Assembly (NCBI GenBank): GCA_964016885.1
Contig: OZ024741.1
Location: forward strand, 337,032,001-337,096,000
DNA length: 64,000 nucleotides
Direction of reading: 5' to 3'
From: Eledone cirrhosa
Lineage: Eukaryota
The translations under genes were made by a program, and so were the position numbers. This document shows positions 14,091 to 29,082 of this stretch, piece by piece. The notes below the pieces were generated by a model. The model saw only the letters and a list, made by a program, of their open reading frames with translations, was not told the DNA's origin and searched no databases. How positions within the stretch are numbered: position 1 is the stretch's first letter; each line of letters begins with the position of its first letter.

Positions 14091-14289
14091 AGTGAATGAT
14101 TTTTGTTTCATAGAACCAGTATTAGTTTTGGCTGGGTTGATATCAAAAGAGTTAACCACACAGCCATGCCTTTTTCTTTTTAGTTTCTTTTGTTTCCCAA
14201 GGACATTCGGTGATGTAAGCCTTGTTAAGAATATGCTTCAGACCAGGTATCTGCTTGTCGTTTCTGAAGTAATTTTGATTAATAATGTA

Positions 14290-14525
14290 GGTAACCAACT
14301 AGCCGGAGGTGCAGGGGTAGACCTTGAGAAGATGGTTGGATAGCATCCATGAGCTTGGCTTGTCTCGCTTGGGGATCCAATCAGATCAATTGGAGATGTT
14401 TTTTTCTGACAGGACCTGCTGGAAGAAATGTTTTAGGATGACACTCCCAGGAATAAGTGGGAGAAGAAGAAGAAGAAGAAGAAGAAGAAGAAGAAGAAGA
14501 AGAAGAAGAAGAAGAAGAAGAAGAA
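14290..14525 (+). mobile_element. Old LINE (RTE-like) 3' end with (GAA)n tail
   Basis: Degenerate RGRP/RRWLD/DRTCW coding remnants followed by (GAA)n. Confidence 0.5.
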
Positions 14526-16639
14526 GGTTGATAGCCTAGTATTTTGAAATAAAGGGGTGGGTAGGTCTTGTTGGTCCTGTAACCCTGGATAGAGACCCAT
14601 TTCAGGTACAGTCAGTCAGAGCCAGCTCACTTCACTTAACTCTATTTTCAAAGTGTATATGCTGCTAAATAATGCATATTTATATTTGTTTTCTTAAGTA
14701 TTTGGAAGGAGAAAGAGGAGAAAAATATAATTAAAATACTTTTGGGTGAATTCTTACATTTCTTTTCTCAGAAGTTTTAATAACATTTAGTCTCTGATTG
14801 AATTTACCTGTGAAGTTTTGTTTACACCAGTAACATATACATCAAAGACTTGTTTACTTTGAGAAAGAGCCTAATTAATAGATGTCATCAAAGTAGTTAA
14901 TTGGAATTTTTTTCTTTATGGCATTTCGTTTATGACCACATATATTTGAAGGATAATTTCCTTCCCTCTCTTCCCGTCTGTCTGCCCCCACCCCTGAAAC
15001 CAGTTCAGTTCTGATTAAGCTGACCAATAATCAAAGTTATTCAAGCCTTCATCACTTGACTGTTGTTTTCCTTTCATTGTCAGAGTGTAACCACTGACTA
15101 TATTATTCACTGTCTTTCATGTATTTATCTATTTATTTAATGGATTCAAGGTATGGTTTATTAGAACAAGATTTGGCTGTTATTTCTACCAGGTCAAGCA
15201 GCCAAAGAGAGGCTTCCTCATTGCCTAGTCCTTTTCCAAATCATCCTATTATCTTTTGATATATAATTCTTAGCAAAATATTCCAGGAATACAGCAGCCT
15301 GTATCAAATGCATATTTTCAGATTTGAAATTGTTTTCCTTCTCAAAGACTTACTACTTTATCTTAACTCTCCGACATTATTCTTTTTTACTTTGTTTGCT
15401 CTTAATAATATTCTTTTTCTGAATTTATTTTTATTTTTTCTTGTGTATCTCATATAGTAATTTTTATTCCTCTCTCAAGTAGCTATATATCGTTGCTAAT
15501 ATCGTAGAAAATGTTCATATTCTAATAATAAATATTTACTTAAACATTTATGAGGGAATCTATATTTCAAGTACTTGTTTTTACTAAAACTAAAATGTAA
15601 CTTACTGGCAAAGTAATTGAAATTCTTAAGAAACGATATTAATTCAATAAACTCTAAGTTTGTTTTGTTTATTTTTTACATAAAAGACATATAAAAAAAT
15701 ATTGGAGATGAGTGATATTTTATGTTTCTCTTGTCATAATGGCCTTATGTATAAAAAGAAATATTTGCAAAACACATTAACATTTTTCATAATAGCTGTA
15801 TTTCTCTGTTTACAGTTGTTAATAAGTTTCTTTCAACATTATCACCCTCCAATTGAGCTGAGTATGGCACGGTTATGATTCTTAGTTATAGACATTTCAC
15901 TTTACTTGCATCCCTAATGTTCTTTAGAAGGGCATAAACAACACCCATCACATTAGCAGAGTCTTTAAAATATCAGGAAAAAACGTTTTGAGGCATTTGT
16001 TCTGGTTCAAGGCATGCTGAATTTAAGGTTTGTACAGGTCAACTTTGCCTTTAACCCTTTCAGAGTTCTATAGATAGAGTTACAGTCACATACTAGAATT
16101 AATTCTTCTCTCTCTCCAGGAATAGTACTTTACTTTTCAATTCCATTTCATCTGACATTACATGTTTATATTGAATTATTTAAATCTCTAATACAGAAAC
16201 TTTTATAATTACTATATGTATGAACCCATCACTTAATGTTATAGTTATCAGACTTAGCCATTTCATTGCAATATTTCTAATGAACAACCTATGGTTTTTC
16301 AAACAATTTTGGAAATAAAAACATTTGAAGTGATTTAGTAATATAACTAACTATATCATTATTTGGGTGGTGTTTGGAACATAACTTAACAAAGCTTCTT
16401 CCATAAAATTATAATGAAAGGTTTTTACATAAATATAAATTACACAATTGCACCTCTCAAAGGCGATGACACAGGACCGAGATCTCTGGTATCATGTAGT
16501 AATACCGAAGACCTGCCTTCCCATGTGCATGGGTTTAAGTATACATCTAGTGTGCACCACATTCCCCTTCACCCCCTTCCATATACCTCCCATGTCTCTA
16601 GATCTACCTCCCCAATATCCATGAGTCTCTCCCACTCAA

Positions 16640-16995
16640 GTCCCCAGTGATTGTTTTAGTGTCACAACACAAAGTGCCCACTCGACACAATAAAGTGGTC
16701 ATGTAGGTGTCACGACAAAAAACACCCTGCCCACACTGTAAAATGGTCGTTTTGGTGAGACAACAAAAATTACCCAGCCCATACTGTAAAGTGGTCATGA
16801 AGGTGTCATGATAAAAAGTACCCAGTACACAATGTAAATGCTGTTAGCATTAGGAAGAGAATCCAGGCATAGAAACCAAGCCAAAATTAGTTCTGTATGA
16901 GCAAGACATGATCATCTGACCTAGCTTGTCTCACAACAGGACAAATCGTCTAACCCATGCTAGCATTGAAAATGGACGCTAAAAGGTGATGATAA
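16640..16995 (+). mobile_element. Non-autonomous RTE-tail element with tandem ~50-bp units
   Basis: Units followed by TAGGAAGAGAATCCAG..AGAAACC..CATGCTAGCAT..GGACG; relatives at 21810-22175 (-), 30615-30830 and 43885-44075. Confidence 0.65.
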
Positions 16996-17197
16996 GCATT
17001 TTGAAACTTTGCATCATAGAGCCTGGAGTGATTTCAGGCAATTTAGTATCAAAAGAGTTAAACACTGTTTTACAAGTCTCTAATGATGTACACAAAAATA
17101 ATATGGATTTTTTTTTTTTGTTTTTTTTCATCAGCTGATTTAATATTATTGTATTTATCAGGTTAAGAATAGTTACACTGTATCCTTGCATGTTGTG

Positions 17198-17560
17198 AAG
17201 GCAGTGAATTGATAGAGCCGTTAGAACGTTGGATAGAATGATTTGTGGTATTTGCTTCAGCTCTCTGTTCTCTGAGTTCAAATCCTGCCAAGGCCAACTT
17301 TGCTTTTCATCCTTTTGAGGTTGATAAAAATGTACCAGTCTATTACTGAGACCAATTCTTTCTTTAGATCTCTTTCTCACTTTCTGCCCTTCTCCCTCCT
17401 TTGGAAGAAATTTACTGTATTCATACCTGGAGAGAGATGGACTCCACCAGGTTTTAAAATGCCCTAGAAATGCTGTATGTCAATATGGCACCCCTACCAC
17501 TCCTTCAGGAGTTACGAACCATACATGCCATGCATCCTTGTATGTTGTAAGAAACAATTA
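17198..17560 (+). mobile_element. Abundant SINE plus a downstream module
   Basis: GGCAGTGAATTG..TTCTGAGTTCAAATCC..CTTTGCTTTTCATCC, a CT-rich linker, then a TGGAAGAAAT..CAGGAGTTAC module; same order at 21452-21725, 36260-36485 and 59605-60165. Confidence 0.65.
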
Positions 17561-18723
17561 AAATGGTGAACAGGTTTGTGGTTGAGCCTGTGGTAGGGGA
17601 GACTTCCAGCCTTCCTAGCCCTTGGACCAAATCCCTACTCCCTGCTATCTGGGCAGAGTTGGCTACATGCAGGTCTGATTCCCATGAGGTGGAGTGGCTG
17701 TTCTAGTGTGTCTCCCTTGCCATCCTCCAAGGCATTGTCTTCTACATTCTGTTGGCCAGGACCGTGAGGCAAACTGACCCTTTAGTTTTGTTTATGGTGG
17801 TGGCAAGCATAGCTTAAAAAACACTTTTCTACCTGCTGACATTGTCTAGAGGCAAATCAGTATGCATCTAGGTTGATAACAGACCAAGAAACCGTGCTTC
17901 TCTTACCAATTTGTTTACCACCCTTTCATTGCTGCTCTTTGCATTAACATCAGAGCCTTTTGTGTTATTGTCAGGAAGGGCTTCTAACTGTAAAGAATTG
18001 CCTCAGAAAGTCCCATATGCTAACATAAAAAAAGTTGACATAAACATGATGATGATGAAATGACTGTGTAATAAGAATTGTTTGTTCAAAGATATTTTAA
18101 AAACATCGTATTTTATATGATCGCTAGTAATACTTTCCAAATATTTGATATGTTAGTTAGATCTTAATATATAAAGCTTAAAATATTCTACTCCAAATCT
18201 TTTTTTAAATGTTTTTACATGAAATAAAAATGAAAAATCGAAAAATAAATCTGACGCCCTAGACTAGAATATTTCTCAAAATACGATAAACATTTTCCAA
18301 CCAATTTTGTATAGGACTATCATATCTGAAAAAGTCAATTACCTAATCTCACATTGAGTATACCAGCTAAAAATATATATATATATAAATCAAAGGCCTA
18401 AAGCTAGTGTTGTTGATTCTGAAGGACATCTTACAGGCTTTTTAACTACACAAGTCCCAAAGGGAATATTTGAAAGATGACAAAATTTCATTAAACGTGC
18501 TTCATCTTCAACTTGATGTGTCTTTATTTAACACAGTAAGACTCTTCAACAATATCAATGTTTACTAGCAATAAAAACACTTCAAACTACTACTTTCTTT
18601 TTTTTATTTTCACATTTTTGAGTTTTCTCAGAATAATCAATACCTGATAAAGATATGTTTACGCGTGCACCTCTTTTCCTCTCAAAATATATTATATATA
18701 TGCAAGTATATATATATATATAA

Positions 18724-18783
<60 letters not shown>

Positions 18784-18941
18784 TGTGTGTGTGTGTGTAT
18801 GTATAAATATGTGTGTGTATATATATATGTATGCATATATATATATACATATATACACACACACCCATATATATGTAATATATATGTATATATGTGTGTG
18901 TGTGTATACACATGCTCACATATTTTCATCTATCAATCAAT

Positions 18942-18980
<39 letters not shown>

Positions 18981-19613
18981 AAGACATTAATAGAGTCAAT
19001 TGCTTTGCATTTCATAGTGAAAGACATCTGTCAATAAACTTACAAGTAGCAGTATGGAGGGCAATGGATGTTAAGCCATTCATACTACCAACCAACACTA
19101 CCACCAATACTAAACCCACCCCACCCCCTTCACCACTACATATTTAATTATAAAATATGTAAATTAGTGAGAGATACATGTATGGATCTCCATAACTGGA
19201 GGTAGAATTATAGAGACAATAGTGACACGAGGCTGTCAATTCCTTTCCATTTTTGAAGCTTTATCAATCAGCTGTGGTCAATAAAATAATATACCAGTTA
19301 AGTACTAGAGTCAATATAATTGACTTCACCCCACCCGCTACAAAAGGCTGACGTTGTGTCTAAATTAGAAATAAATATGATTATATTTAGAACATAAATT
19401 AATAATGGTTTTTACATGAAATTACGATGGAAGAATTTTTGATAAATACTAGACCACCTGTGACCTGTTGGGTCACGTTCACTTATTCCATTTGTATTCC
19501 CATTTCAGGGACAACTTCCTTTCAAAGTATTTTTCCATTCTACGCCGTTTTGGCTGTATTGAATTACAGACAATCACAACAGAGTTTTAGTAGTATATAG
19601 ATAGATAAACACT

Positions 19614-20035
19614 TTAACCCTTTCTTTACCATATTTCTAATGAAAGACACTGCCTCTGATTTTCAAATAATTTGGAAAATAATCAAGAATTTAGAGGGCT
19701 TTAGTATTATATTAAGTGAGAGCATAACTTAAAGGTTCTTATAAAAATTATTATTGGAGATAAATATAAACACTTTAACCCTTTTATTACCATATTTCTC
19801 ATGAAAGATTCTGCCTCAGATTTTCAAATAATTTTGAATATAATCAGGAATTTGGGATGACTTATTAATATACTAATTTCCTCATTATTACACTGCTGTT
19901 TGGAATGTTACTTAAGCTTCTTATATAAAATTATGATAGAAAATCTTTAGATAATTATATACACTTTGAAACAAACAACTTTGTATCATAAACCTAAGGT
20001 TAGTTTTTCGGTAGTTTGGTATAAAAGGTGTTGAA
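19614..20035 (+). mobile_element. TTAACCCTTT-terminated MITE family (tandem partial copies)
   Basis: TTAACCCTTT..ACCATATTTCTAATGAAAGACACTGCC; relatives at 16255-16440, 30170-30900, 43330-43685 (-), 52426-52910 and 58510-58725 (-). Confidence 0.6.
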
Positions 20036-23000
20036 TGAAAAGAATAAATAAAGTTGTTTCACTAAAATAACATTGTTATGGCTTTCATGCTGGTTCATTA
20101 GATATATTTATTTACTGGAAAATGGCTATTACTTGGTTATATTCCATAAATCTTCAGTGCCAAATAAACAATTATATTGTACCTTACTTTCAAGTGTTCA
20201 GTCCCTTCTTGGTTTTTTGCTTCTATCACATGTGCTCTAGTGTTTAGGGTGTTGTACTCATGGCCTTAAGGTTAAGGGTTCAATTCTTGGATTAGGTCCC
20301 TATCATTAAAACACCTGAGAAACTTCATAAGCAATACCACCTTCTAATAGACCAGTTAAACCTGCATAGGTGTGAGCTGAAACAGTAACAATATATGATT
20401 GAAGGCCATTATAAAGCACCCGAAAAACCTCTTATAATATACAACCTTGTAGGAGGCCAAGAATATCTGTATATATATGAACTGCACTAGCAACAACATA
20501 ACAGGACTGGGGATACTAATATTAAAACACTCAAGAAACCTCCTATGAGATGCAAGCTTGTAAGAAGCTAGGTGTATAGGTGTGGGTTGTAAATTTCATT
20601 TTTCATATTCGCATGTGTCTGTGTATGCAAGAGAGATTGTGGGTTCATGTATATGTGCGTATCTGTGCGCATGTGTGGGTGAGAGAGAGAGAGAGAGAGA
20701 TGGGGAGAGAAATAGAGATCCTGTTTACATTTTGGTTCAAATTTCTTTAGATTTCCCTTTTGATGAAGAATCCTATTGAAATAGAAATGTGAAGCAATTC
20801 ATTACTAAGATCTTCTCCTCACTGTTTGCTAACCTTAAGAAAAAGAATCTAAAGGATCATAAGATTGATTCTGACACTGTAGAATAGCTGACATTTCAAT
20901 TCCTTCTTTTAGTTAGGTTCCTACCTGATGAAATTCCAATGAAAAAAAAAAATCAAATTCCAAGTAACAAAATATAATTTTGAAAATCATTTCTAAAGTA
21001 CCCTATGGCAATTTAATAGAAGAAATTGTTTTTAAATTACCCATCACCTTATTTGGGCATTCTTTTCCAATAACAGTTGAAGTGGGTTAAGATATTGAAA
21101 TGTTTCATTATAGAATGTTAGGGTGTATAAGGGTTTCTAGCATTAACCCTTTTGTTACCAACCTGCTTCAAACAGCCCTTGGTGCTATGAAACAAAACTG
21201 CTCAATTTTAAAGTATTTATAGTAATATTAAAAGCGCAAAGAATTGGCAGTCATTGGAACGTTGGATAGAATACTTTGTTGTTTTTATTCCAGTTCCCTG
21301 TATTCTGAGTTCAAATCTCACCTAGTTCACCTTTTATTCATGTTGTATCAAGAAACATCTATGATCATTATATGTAATTGAAGTTTTACATAAAATTAAA
21401 CAAATGTTTTTTTATATTCATAAATATGATTTATATTTATAGATATAATAGGAAGAATTGGTAGACCACCGGATAAAATGTTATTATGGCATTTGTTCTA
21501 GGTTTTTATGTTCTGATATTAAATCCTATCAAAGCCAACTTTGCTTCTCATCCTTTCAAAGTCCTTAAATAAAGTACTGGGGTCAATTCTTCTTCCTCTT
21601 TTTTTCTGGAAGAAATCAGCTGTGTTCAGACCTGGAGGGGGATGAATTCTACCAGGTTTGAAATGCACATGCTATATGTCATTACTGCACCCCTAGGACT
21701 CTATCAGGAGTTACAAGACCATACGTAAAAACAGTTATATTAAAACTTCCTATAATAACTTTATTTAAAAACATTTTGTCAATTAATGTTCCAAGCATCA
21801 GCTTAATAATCATCATCACCGTTTAATGTCTGTTTTTCTATGCTAACATGGGTTAGATGGGTTGTCCTGTGGTGAGTAAAGTCAGGTCAGATAACAGTGT
21901 CTTGTTCATACAGAACCGTTTCTGGCTTGGTTTCTACAGCTGGATACCCTTCTTTATGCCAACTACATTTACAGTGAGGACTGGGTGCCTTTTATCATGA
22001 CACCAAAATGACTACTTTCCAGTATGGACTGAGCACTTCTTGTCATGGCATCAAAACGACCAATTTACAGTGTGGACTGGATGCTTTTGACACCTATATG
22101 ACCACTTTACAGTATGGACTGGGCACTGTTTATCCCAGTTCACACTGTAAAGTGGTCTTGGAGGTGTCACAACGAGAAAGTTATTTTGCAGAATAACAGA
22201 TATCATTGACTAATTTAAAAACTAATTGAAACACATTGGCAGTGGAAGGATTTGGTTAGAATAAAATGAAGGGTGATTAATGAATTCTACTCATTGGAAA
22301 TAAATGAAAAAGAATGGTGCTCACCAAATAATCTGGATTTTGAAGAATTGCCATATATTCTTGAATTTAAGCTAAAGACTATGTGACCAAAGAATTGATA
22401 GTAGAAGGGGGTCAGCTTACAAAGGTGGGTTAAAAAGATCATAGGCTGACTATGAAAGAGTGATGTTAAAGCTGTGAAATCTTGCAAACATTAACTTCAA
22501 CTCTTTTTATTAATAACTGCATTGCTTCTTTCCAGGGACTATGTTGAAAAATAAACCTCATTTGGTCATTCCATGAGAGTATATAACAGCCTATGAACTT
22601 TTCAGCTGACCCTCATATATTCAGGGCCAATATTTTGACAATGTTTACCAACTTCAAAGTCTAAGTAAATAAAGTTTGGATTTCCCCCCTATTTCTCAAG
22701 CATAAAACAGCGGGTTGTCTTATATTCATGTCGGCTTATATTCAAATAGAAATGATATGTCAAATATCTGCAATTCATAATTTCTGATGTTGCCAGCCAA
22801 ATTTTAATATTCTATCCTCCACCACATAGTCTGAAATTAGTCATTTAACAGATGTAAACAATAACAAGACAAATCAACTCTTGGCCATTCTCTTAACTAA
22901 AATGTATAGATGCGTGACTACATAGAAATCTAATGTAAAGGTACAGTTTCTGCTAATGAATGTGTAATAATAGACTGGTAAATACTTCCAAATCTCTTGA

Positions 23001-23389
23001 TATCTGCCCTCAAATGTTATTAAATATATTATCTACTTTGGTATTCTTAATGCATAGCAGCTGTCATCCAATCCAAACTACAGTTCTTGCATCACATACA
23101 TTTCCTTGACATTCTTTATTTCCACAAATGTAAGGCGGTCATTGGTAGAATGGTTAGTGTTGAATATTTGTTCTGAGGTCTCTGCATTCTGGAGGCACAT
23201 GGCCTAGTGGTAAGGGTGTTGGACCTATGAACATAATGTCTGGGACTGGATTGTATGTTGTGTTCTTGAGAAAAACACTTCATTCTATGTGTCACTACTA
23301 ACTATGTATATATACATTGTTTTTGCAACAATGTACCTTGTATAAAATATATTGGAAAGATTCAATATTTAAAGATTCAATATTTAATA

Positions 23390-23745
23390 CTTAATGTGCT
23401 TTGTATCATTATGTACTTCTGGTAGTTTCTGGTGGGTAGACTCTGGTCCTGCACTGCAATTAGAAATTCTTCCATCTCAGCTTTTAGTCCAGTGCTTTGG
23501 AGCCAGTTTTGTGTTTTCTTTATCTACTTCCTTTCTATTTAGCTTTTTGGGGTATTGGCCATGTAAAGATTTCTCTTGTCATCGTTTTAACATGGCATTC
23601 TGGATGTCAGCTTTCAATCTAAATTTTATGTCTTTCACATTTTCTGTTGTTGTTTTTGCTTTGTTTTCATTTTCCTCGCTGTTATCTGTTAGTCCAGTTT
23701 CTGATTTTAAATTTTTGGCTTCGTTGATGACCGAGAACAGTTTTT
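23390..23745 (-). pseudogene. Decayed R4/Dong-type LINE fragment
   Basis: Minus strand QEKSLHGQYPK..VDKE matches QEKPLYGKYPE..VDKT of ORF 33125; abuts a short (TTA)n run. Confidence 0.55.
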
Positions 23746-23755
23746 ATTATTATAC

Positions 23756-25130
23756 GGGCGGTGCATTGGTAGAATCGGTAGAACATCAGACAATATGTTT
23801 TGCAGCATAGAATTATGGCTCTTTATGCGCTGAGTTGAAACCCTGCAAAGCTTAACTTTGCCTTTAATCCATACAGGGGTCGATAAAATAAGTACCAGTA
23901 ATGCACTGTAGTCAATTTAATCAATTTTTCCATTTCCCCCATAATTACTGGCCTTGTGCCTATAGTAGAAATCATTACTTTATCCTCCCCCAAGATTGAT
24001 CTTAATTTCTGGTATAGTCAAGATAGCAGACCACAGTGGTCTTAGGTATCATGATGTTGTTTCCTTCTTTTCAGTTTGTACCTTTCATATTATTCTAGCC
24101 TTTCCAAGCAAACAAGTTTTCTATAACATTTCCACTTATTGTTTTAATTAATGCCATTCTGAGTTCAAATCCCGCCAAGGTTAACTTTGCCTTTCATCAT
24201 TATGGGGTTGATAAAATAAAGTACCAGTAATGCACTGGGTAATTGCTGGCCTTGTGCCAAAAGTAGAAACAATTATTGTTTTAATTAATATTGGATTAAC
24301 AGCATCAGTAGAGCATTGGACACCATGCTTTGTGGCATGTAGTTACGGCTCTTTATGTACTGAGTTCAAATCCCGCCGAGGTTAGCTTTGCTTTTCATCC
24401 TTATAGGGTCGATAAAATAAAGCACCAGTAAGCACTGGGGTCGATTTAATTGATTTTCCCCTCCCTTCATATTACTGGCCTTGTGCCTAAAGTAGAAACC
24501 GTCATTATTATTATTACTATTATTATTGTTTGAAAAGGAAAATCAGGGTGGAGAGGGAAGTGCTTGATTCCTAGCAATTTGTTGAAAGATGGGTGAGAGA
24601 GGTGAGCATGACCCGAGTGAATGGGCTTGCTCTGAGTATGGACCTGTAGATTGGGGATGGAAAACGGGGAGAGGGCACTTGCCCTGGTGGTCAGGGTCAC
24701 CAAGGCTTTTGGTGGGCTTTCTCCATGAGTGTCCCTCAGAAGTCTCCCCCCCCCCTATTGGGGAATTTTCTTTTGTTTCATTTTTTTTACTTCCTTTGTT
24801 ATTGTTTTTCTTTACATGCAGAAATGCCCATTTGTACTATCCTGTACCATCCTGTGCTGTCCTTAATGTTATACTTTATGTCAACCCTTGTGGTTAATAA
24901 AGAAAGCATTATTATTATTGTTGTTGAAGGGCAGTGAATTGGCAGCATCGGTAGAGTGTCAGACACCATACTTTACAGCATAGAGTTATGGCCCTTTACG
25001 TTCTGGGTTCAAATCCCGCCGAGGTTAACTTTGCCTTTCATCCTTACAGGGTCGATAAAATAAAGTACCAGTAATGCTCTGTGATAATTGCTGGCCTTGT
25101 GCCAAAAGTAGAAACAATTATTATTATTGT
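23756..25130 (+). mobile_element. Cluster of four same-orientation SINE copies with TTA tails
   Basis: Copies at ~23756-23977, 24157-24277, 24300-24527 and 24927-25130 share GAGTTCAAATCCCGCCGAGGTTAACTTTGCCTTTCATCC..GATAAAATAAAGTACCAG. Confidence 0.8.
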
Positions 25131-25584
25131 TGTTATTGTTGTTGTTTTTGTTGTTGTTTATGCTGAATGGACATATCTAATATTGCTGTAGAGAATGTTA
25201 GATTTACTATGGTCTACGAATATATTTTTTATTCATTTTATAACCAAAGTACTTCAGAAGAAAATGTCTGTTTTAGATATTTTGAACTCTTGGAGTGCCA
25301 ACGTCGTTTTTTGGTATTTTATTGCAAAATGTTGTCTTTGTCATGTGTGTGTGGAAGTCCTGTGATTTGTTTTTGTTATTTATTTCACTGTCTTTTGTTT
25401 GGGTTGGGGCATGAGGGAATGAGGTAGAAAGAGAGGGAGGTAGTGAGAGAGTGGAGGGAGAGAGAGGGGGAAGTGAGAGAGAGGAGGAGTGAGTGAGAGA
25501 GAAGAGTGAGGGAGTGGGGGAGGGAGTGAGATAGAGGGCAAGGTAGTGAGAGAGAGGGTGAGAGAGAGTGAAGAAAGGAGGGGT

Positions 25585-25880
25585 TCAATCCCAATACACC
25601 TATTACTAAAGGGCTTGTTTCTGCTTTTAATCCCACGATTCTATTTCAAGGTATTTTTACATTTGGATAATTTTGTCATCTGCTCACTGAGATTGAAAAT
25701 CTCCCCAAGAGGCATTTTTTCCTATCTAGTGGATCTTGAGAATAATATATTTGTATTTGCCTTAATTTTTCTGTCAGTGTGGATGTGAACTAGCATGTCA
25801 CAAAGTATAATTTGCCTTGCCTGTTTTTGTTTTTGTTCTTTTTTACACTGCAATGTATGTTTCTGCATTTCTGTTGTTTT
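25585..25880 (-). pseudogene. Decayed R4/Dong-type endonuclease-domain fragment
   Basis: GLKAETSPLVIGVLG resembles KLRTKTIPVVVGALG of ORF 33125. Confidence 0.45.
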
Positions 25881-27028
25881 TTTATCTGTAAGCATTTCAT
25901 TATACTAAAAGAAATAACAATGAATATATAAAAAAAATGTTAAAAGTGCATGATGCATCCCACTCTGACATATCTATATATTCCATCTTAGATAAAACTG
26001 GATAGCCAGAAACTATACAGTTCATTATTTCTACAATCTCTGTATATTTTCCTGATATTCTTTAAATGTAAATATATTTGCTTTATCATCTTACTTTAAC
26101 AAATTTTGCTAAGAAAGCCTTTGATTTATTTTTGGTGGTATTGGAAAACTTTTTACTCTCTACTTTGATCCCTCAACTTCACAGTTACTACATGTTAATC
26201 CCACTAACATTTTACTCTCTACTTTAACTCCTCAACTTTTATTTACTCTTAATGAAATAATTTTGGAATCCTACAAAAACTATTTTAAAACTATTTAATC
26301 GCAGAAGTATTTGATGTTAGTGGGTTTATGTTGAAGATATGCTTTCAATGTCGAATTTTAACTAATCCACTTCTGAAATTATTCTCACACAACTTTTTGG
26401 TTCTTTCTCCTCTCATTAGTTATTGTATATATAGTTGAGTATGATTAATATAGAAATGACTACAGAAATTGTGCAAGTGACAGCTTGAATGGCTGCAACT
26501 GACTGCAGTCATTGAAGCACTTTGGGGGCCTCATGCATCTCTAGATATGGGGACCTTCTAAGAATAGTATTGTTGACTATTATTTTTGGCATTTGGATTT
26601 CTTATTGTTATTAGTTTAATATATTCCTATTCTATTCTTTTATCTTTTTTAGTTGTTTCAGTCAGTATTCTTTGGCCATGCTGGAGCAGTACGCCATGAT
26701 TTAGTAGATCATATCAACAACAGTACTCAACTTTTCAAGATGGGTACTTATTTTATTGATTTTCTTTTTGTCAAGCCACTAAATTATAGCACATAAACAC
26801 AGGCAGTGGCACACACACACACAGATATACATACACAAACACAGGCATAGACACACACATTAACACACACACACATATATGTATATAACAGATGTAAAAA
26901 TGATGATGAGGATATATATATACCATTTATATTGTGTGGTTCACCAATGGGTAGACTTCGTCATTTCCAACATTAAAACTTTGTAGAATATTTCCAGTCC
27001 AGCCTCCTGTTATTTTTAAATGTGTATA

Positions 27029-27376
27029 CATCATCATCATCATTTCATTTCATTTTACGTTCGCTTTTTCCCTGCTTGTAAGGGTGGGATGGGAACTGAT
27101 TCTGGCTTGATTTCTACAGCTGGATGCCCTTCCTAACACCAACCTCATTTACAGTGAGTGCTGGGTGCTTTTTTGCCGTGGCACCTGCACAACTACTTTG
27201 CAGTAAAATAATATGGTCCCCAGTCCCTATCATCTCATTTCTACAGCTGAGTAAACTGGAGCAATGTGAAATAAAGTGTCTTGCTCAAGGAAACAACACA
27301 TCACCTGGTCTGAGAATTGAACTCACAACCTTTCGATTGCAAGGCCAATGCTCTAACCACTAAGCCATGTGCCTCC
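27029..27376 (-). mobile_element. tRNA-derived SINE with RTE tail (copy 2)
   Basis: Near-identical to 6640-6983. Confidence 0.85.
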
Positions 27377-27494
27377 ATATATACATATAAATGTATATAT
27401 ATATATAAATAAAATTAGAATTTTATTTCTCGGCCTAGTACAGCTGATACATAAATGTAAGTATGCATACATACACACATATATATACACATAC

Positions 27495-27629
<135 letters not shown>

Positions 27630-27651
27630 TATATGCATATACTTATGTACA

Positions 27652-27815
27652 TATGGGTTATATTGAATATTAATAATAATATTTGATTCGTTTGTAAACA
27701 AACAGTCCGATTAAAGCTGTACCATGCCAATGACAATTCGTCATCCGTTTGTTCAACACTGGCATTGAGGAACAAACGAATCAAATATTATTATTAATAT
27801 TTGATATAACCCATA
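27652..27815. repeat. Fold-back element with ~44-bp arms in TA-rich tracts
   Basis: TATGGGTTATATTGAATATTAATAATAATATTTGATTCGTTTGT inverted at 27772-27815. Confidence 0.7.
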
Positions 27816-27842
27816 TATATAGATATAGATATATAGATATAT

Positions 27843-28135
27843 ATCAACGATATTAATAAGTGGAAACTATATTTATAAAACCATATTTATTCTATTATAT
27901 TACGTATTTCAAGGGTACCAAAACTTTAGTACGCGCTCATCAGATAAAATACAAAGTTTGTTTTATAAATATTGACATATCCAGGAAGGCGATCTTAACG
28001 GTTCAAGTTTTTCCTGGAAAGTTTCCATTTATTAATATCATTGATATTATACTCCAGAAAACCTGTTGAGTGCTTCGAATCAGTTATAAAATATACATAT
28101 TTGTTGAATTACCAACAAATTAAATATCCCTTTTG
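27843..28135. mobile_element. Fold-back hammerhead element family A
   Basis: Long tail-less minus arm, short plus arm from ~28020 with a tail containing CTGTTGAGTGCT. Confidence 0.75.
27888..27951 (-). ncRNA. Type I hammerhead ribozyme (family A)
   Basis: TATTTTAT-CTGATGA-..GTACTA/TGGTAC..-GAAAT-ACGTAAT-ATA-ATAGAATA. Confidence 0.7.
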
Positions 28136-28148
28136 CTTATATAGATAT

Positions 28149-28486
28149 CATCATCATCATCACCATCATTTTACGTCCGTTTTTCCTTGCTTGCAAGGGT
28201 GGGACGGGAACTGATTCTGGGTTGATTTCTACAGCTGGATGCCCTTCTTAACACCAACCTCATTTACAGTGCTGGGTACTTTTTTGCCATGGCACCTCCA
28301 CGACCACTTTGCAGTGGAATGATAGGGACCCCAGTCCCTATCATCTCATTTCTACAGCTGAGTAAACTGGAGCAATGTGAAATAAAGGGCTTTGCTCAAG
28401 GAAACAACACATCAGCCGGTCTGAGAATTGAACTCACAACCTTTTAATTGCAGGCCAATGCTCTAACCACTAAGCCATGTGCCTCC
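28149..28486 (-). mobile_element. tRNA-derived SINE with RTE tail (copy 3)
   Basis: Near-identical to 6640-6983. Confidence 0.85.
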
Positions 28487-28749
28487 ATATATATATATAG
28501 ATATGAGAGGAAATAATATCCGTTTATGTAAGCTAATTTACGTAAGTGTAAATGAATATGTGAAACAAAAATATGTAAGAGGCAGCTTGCCAGTAATGTG
28601 GCCATTTAAGTTGTGCAACATGAGTATCTTGATGATGCGAGATGCATCATTGAAACATGTGAGAGACCATATTATGCAATAAATCATTTTTCAATTTTCG
28701 ACGGATTTTGCTTACTTTCTTTCTGTGTACCCTATTCACTTTATATATA

Positions 28750-29082
<333 letters not shown>

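Noticed and set aside
20935-20950. CTGATGA followed by GAAA
   Set aside because: GAAA is part of a poly-A run; no stem I or III.
28625-28665. TTGATGATGC..GCATCATT-GAAACATGTG
   Set aside because: Core overlaps the hairpin and the triplet is GUG; too degraded to call.
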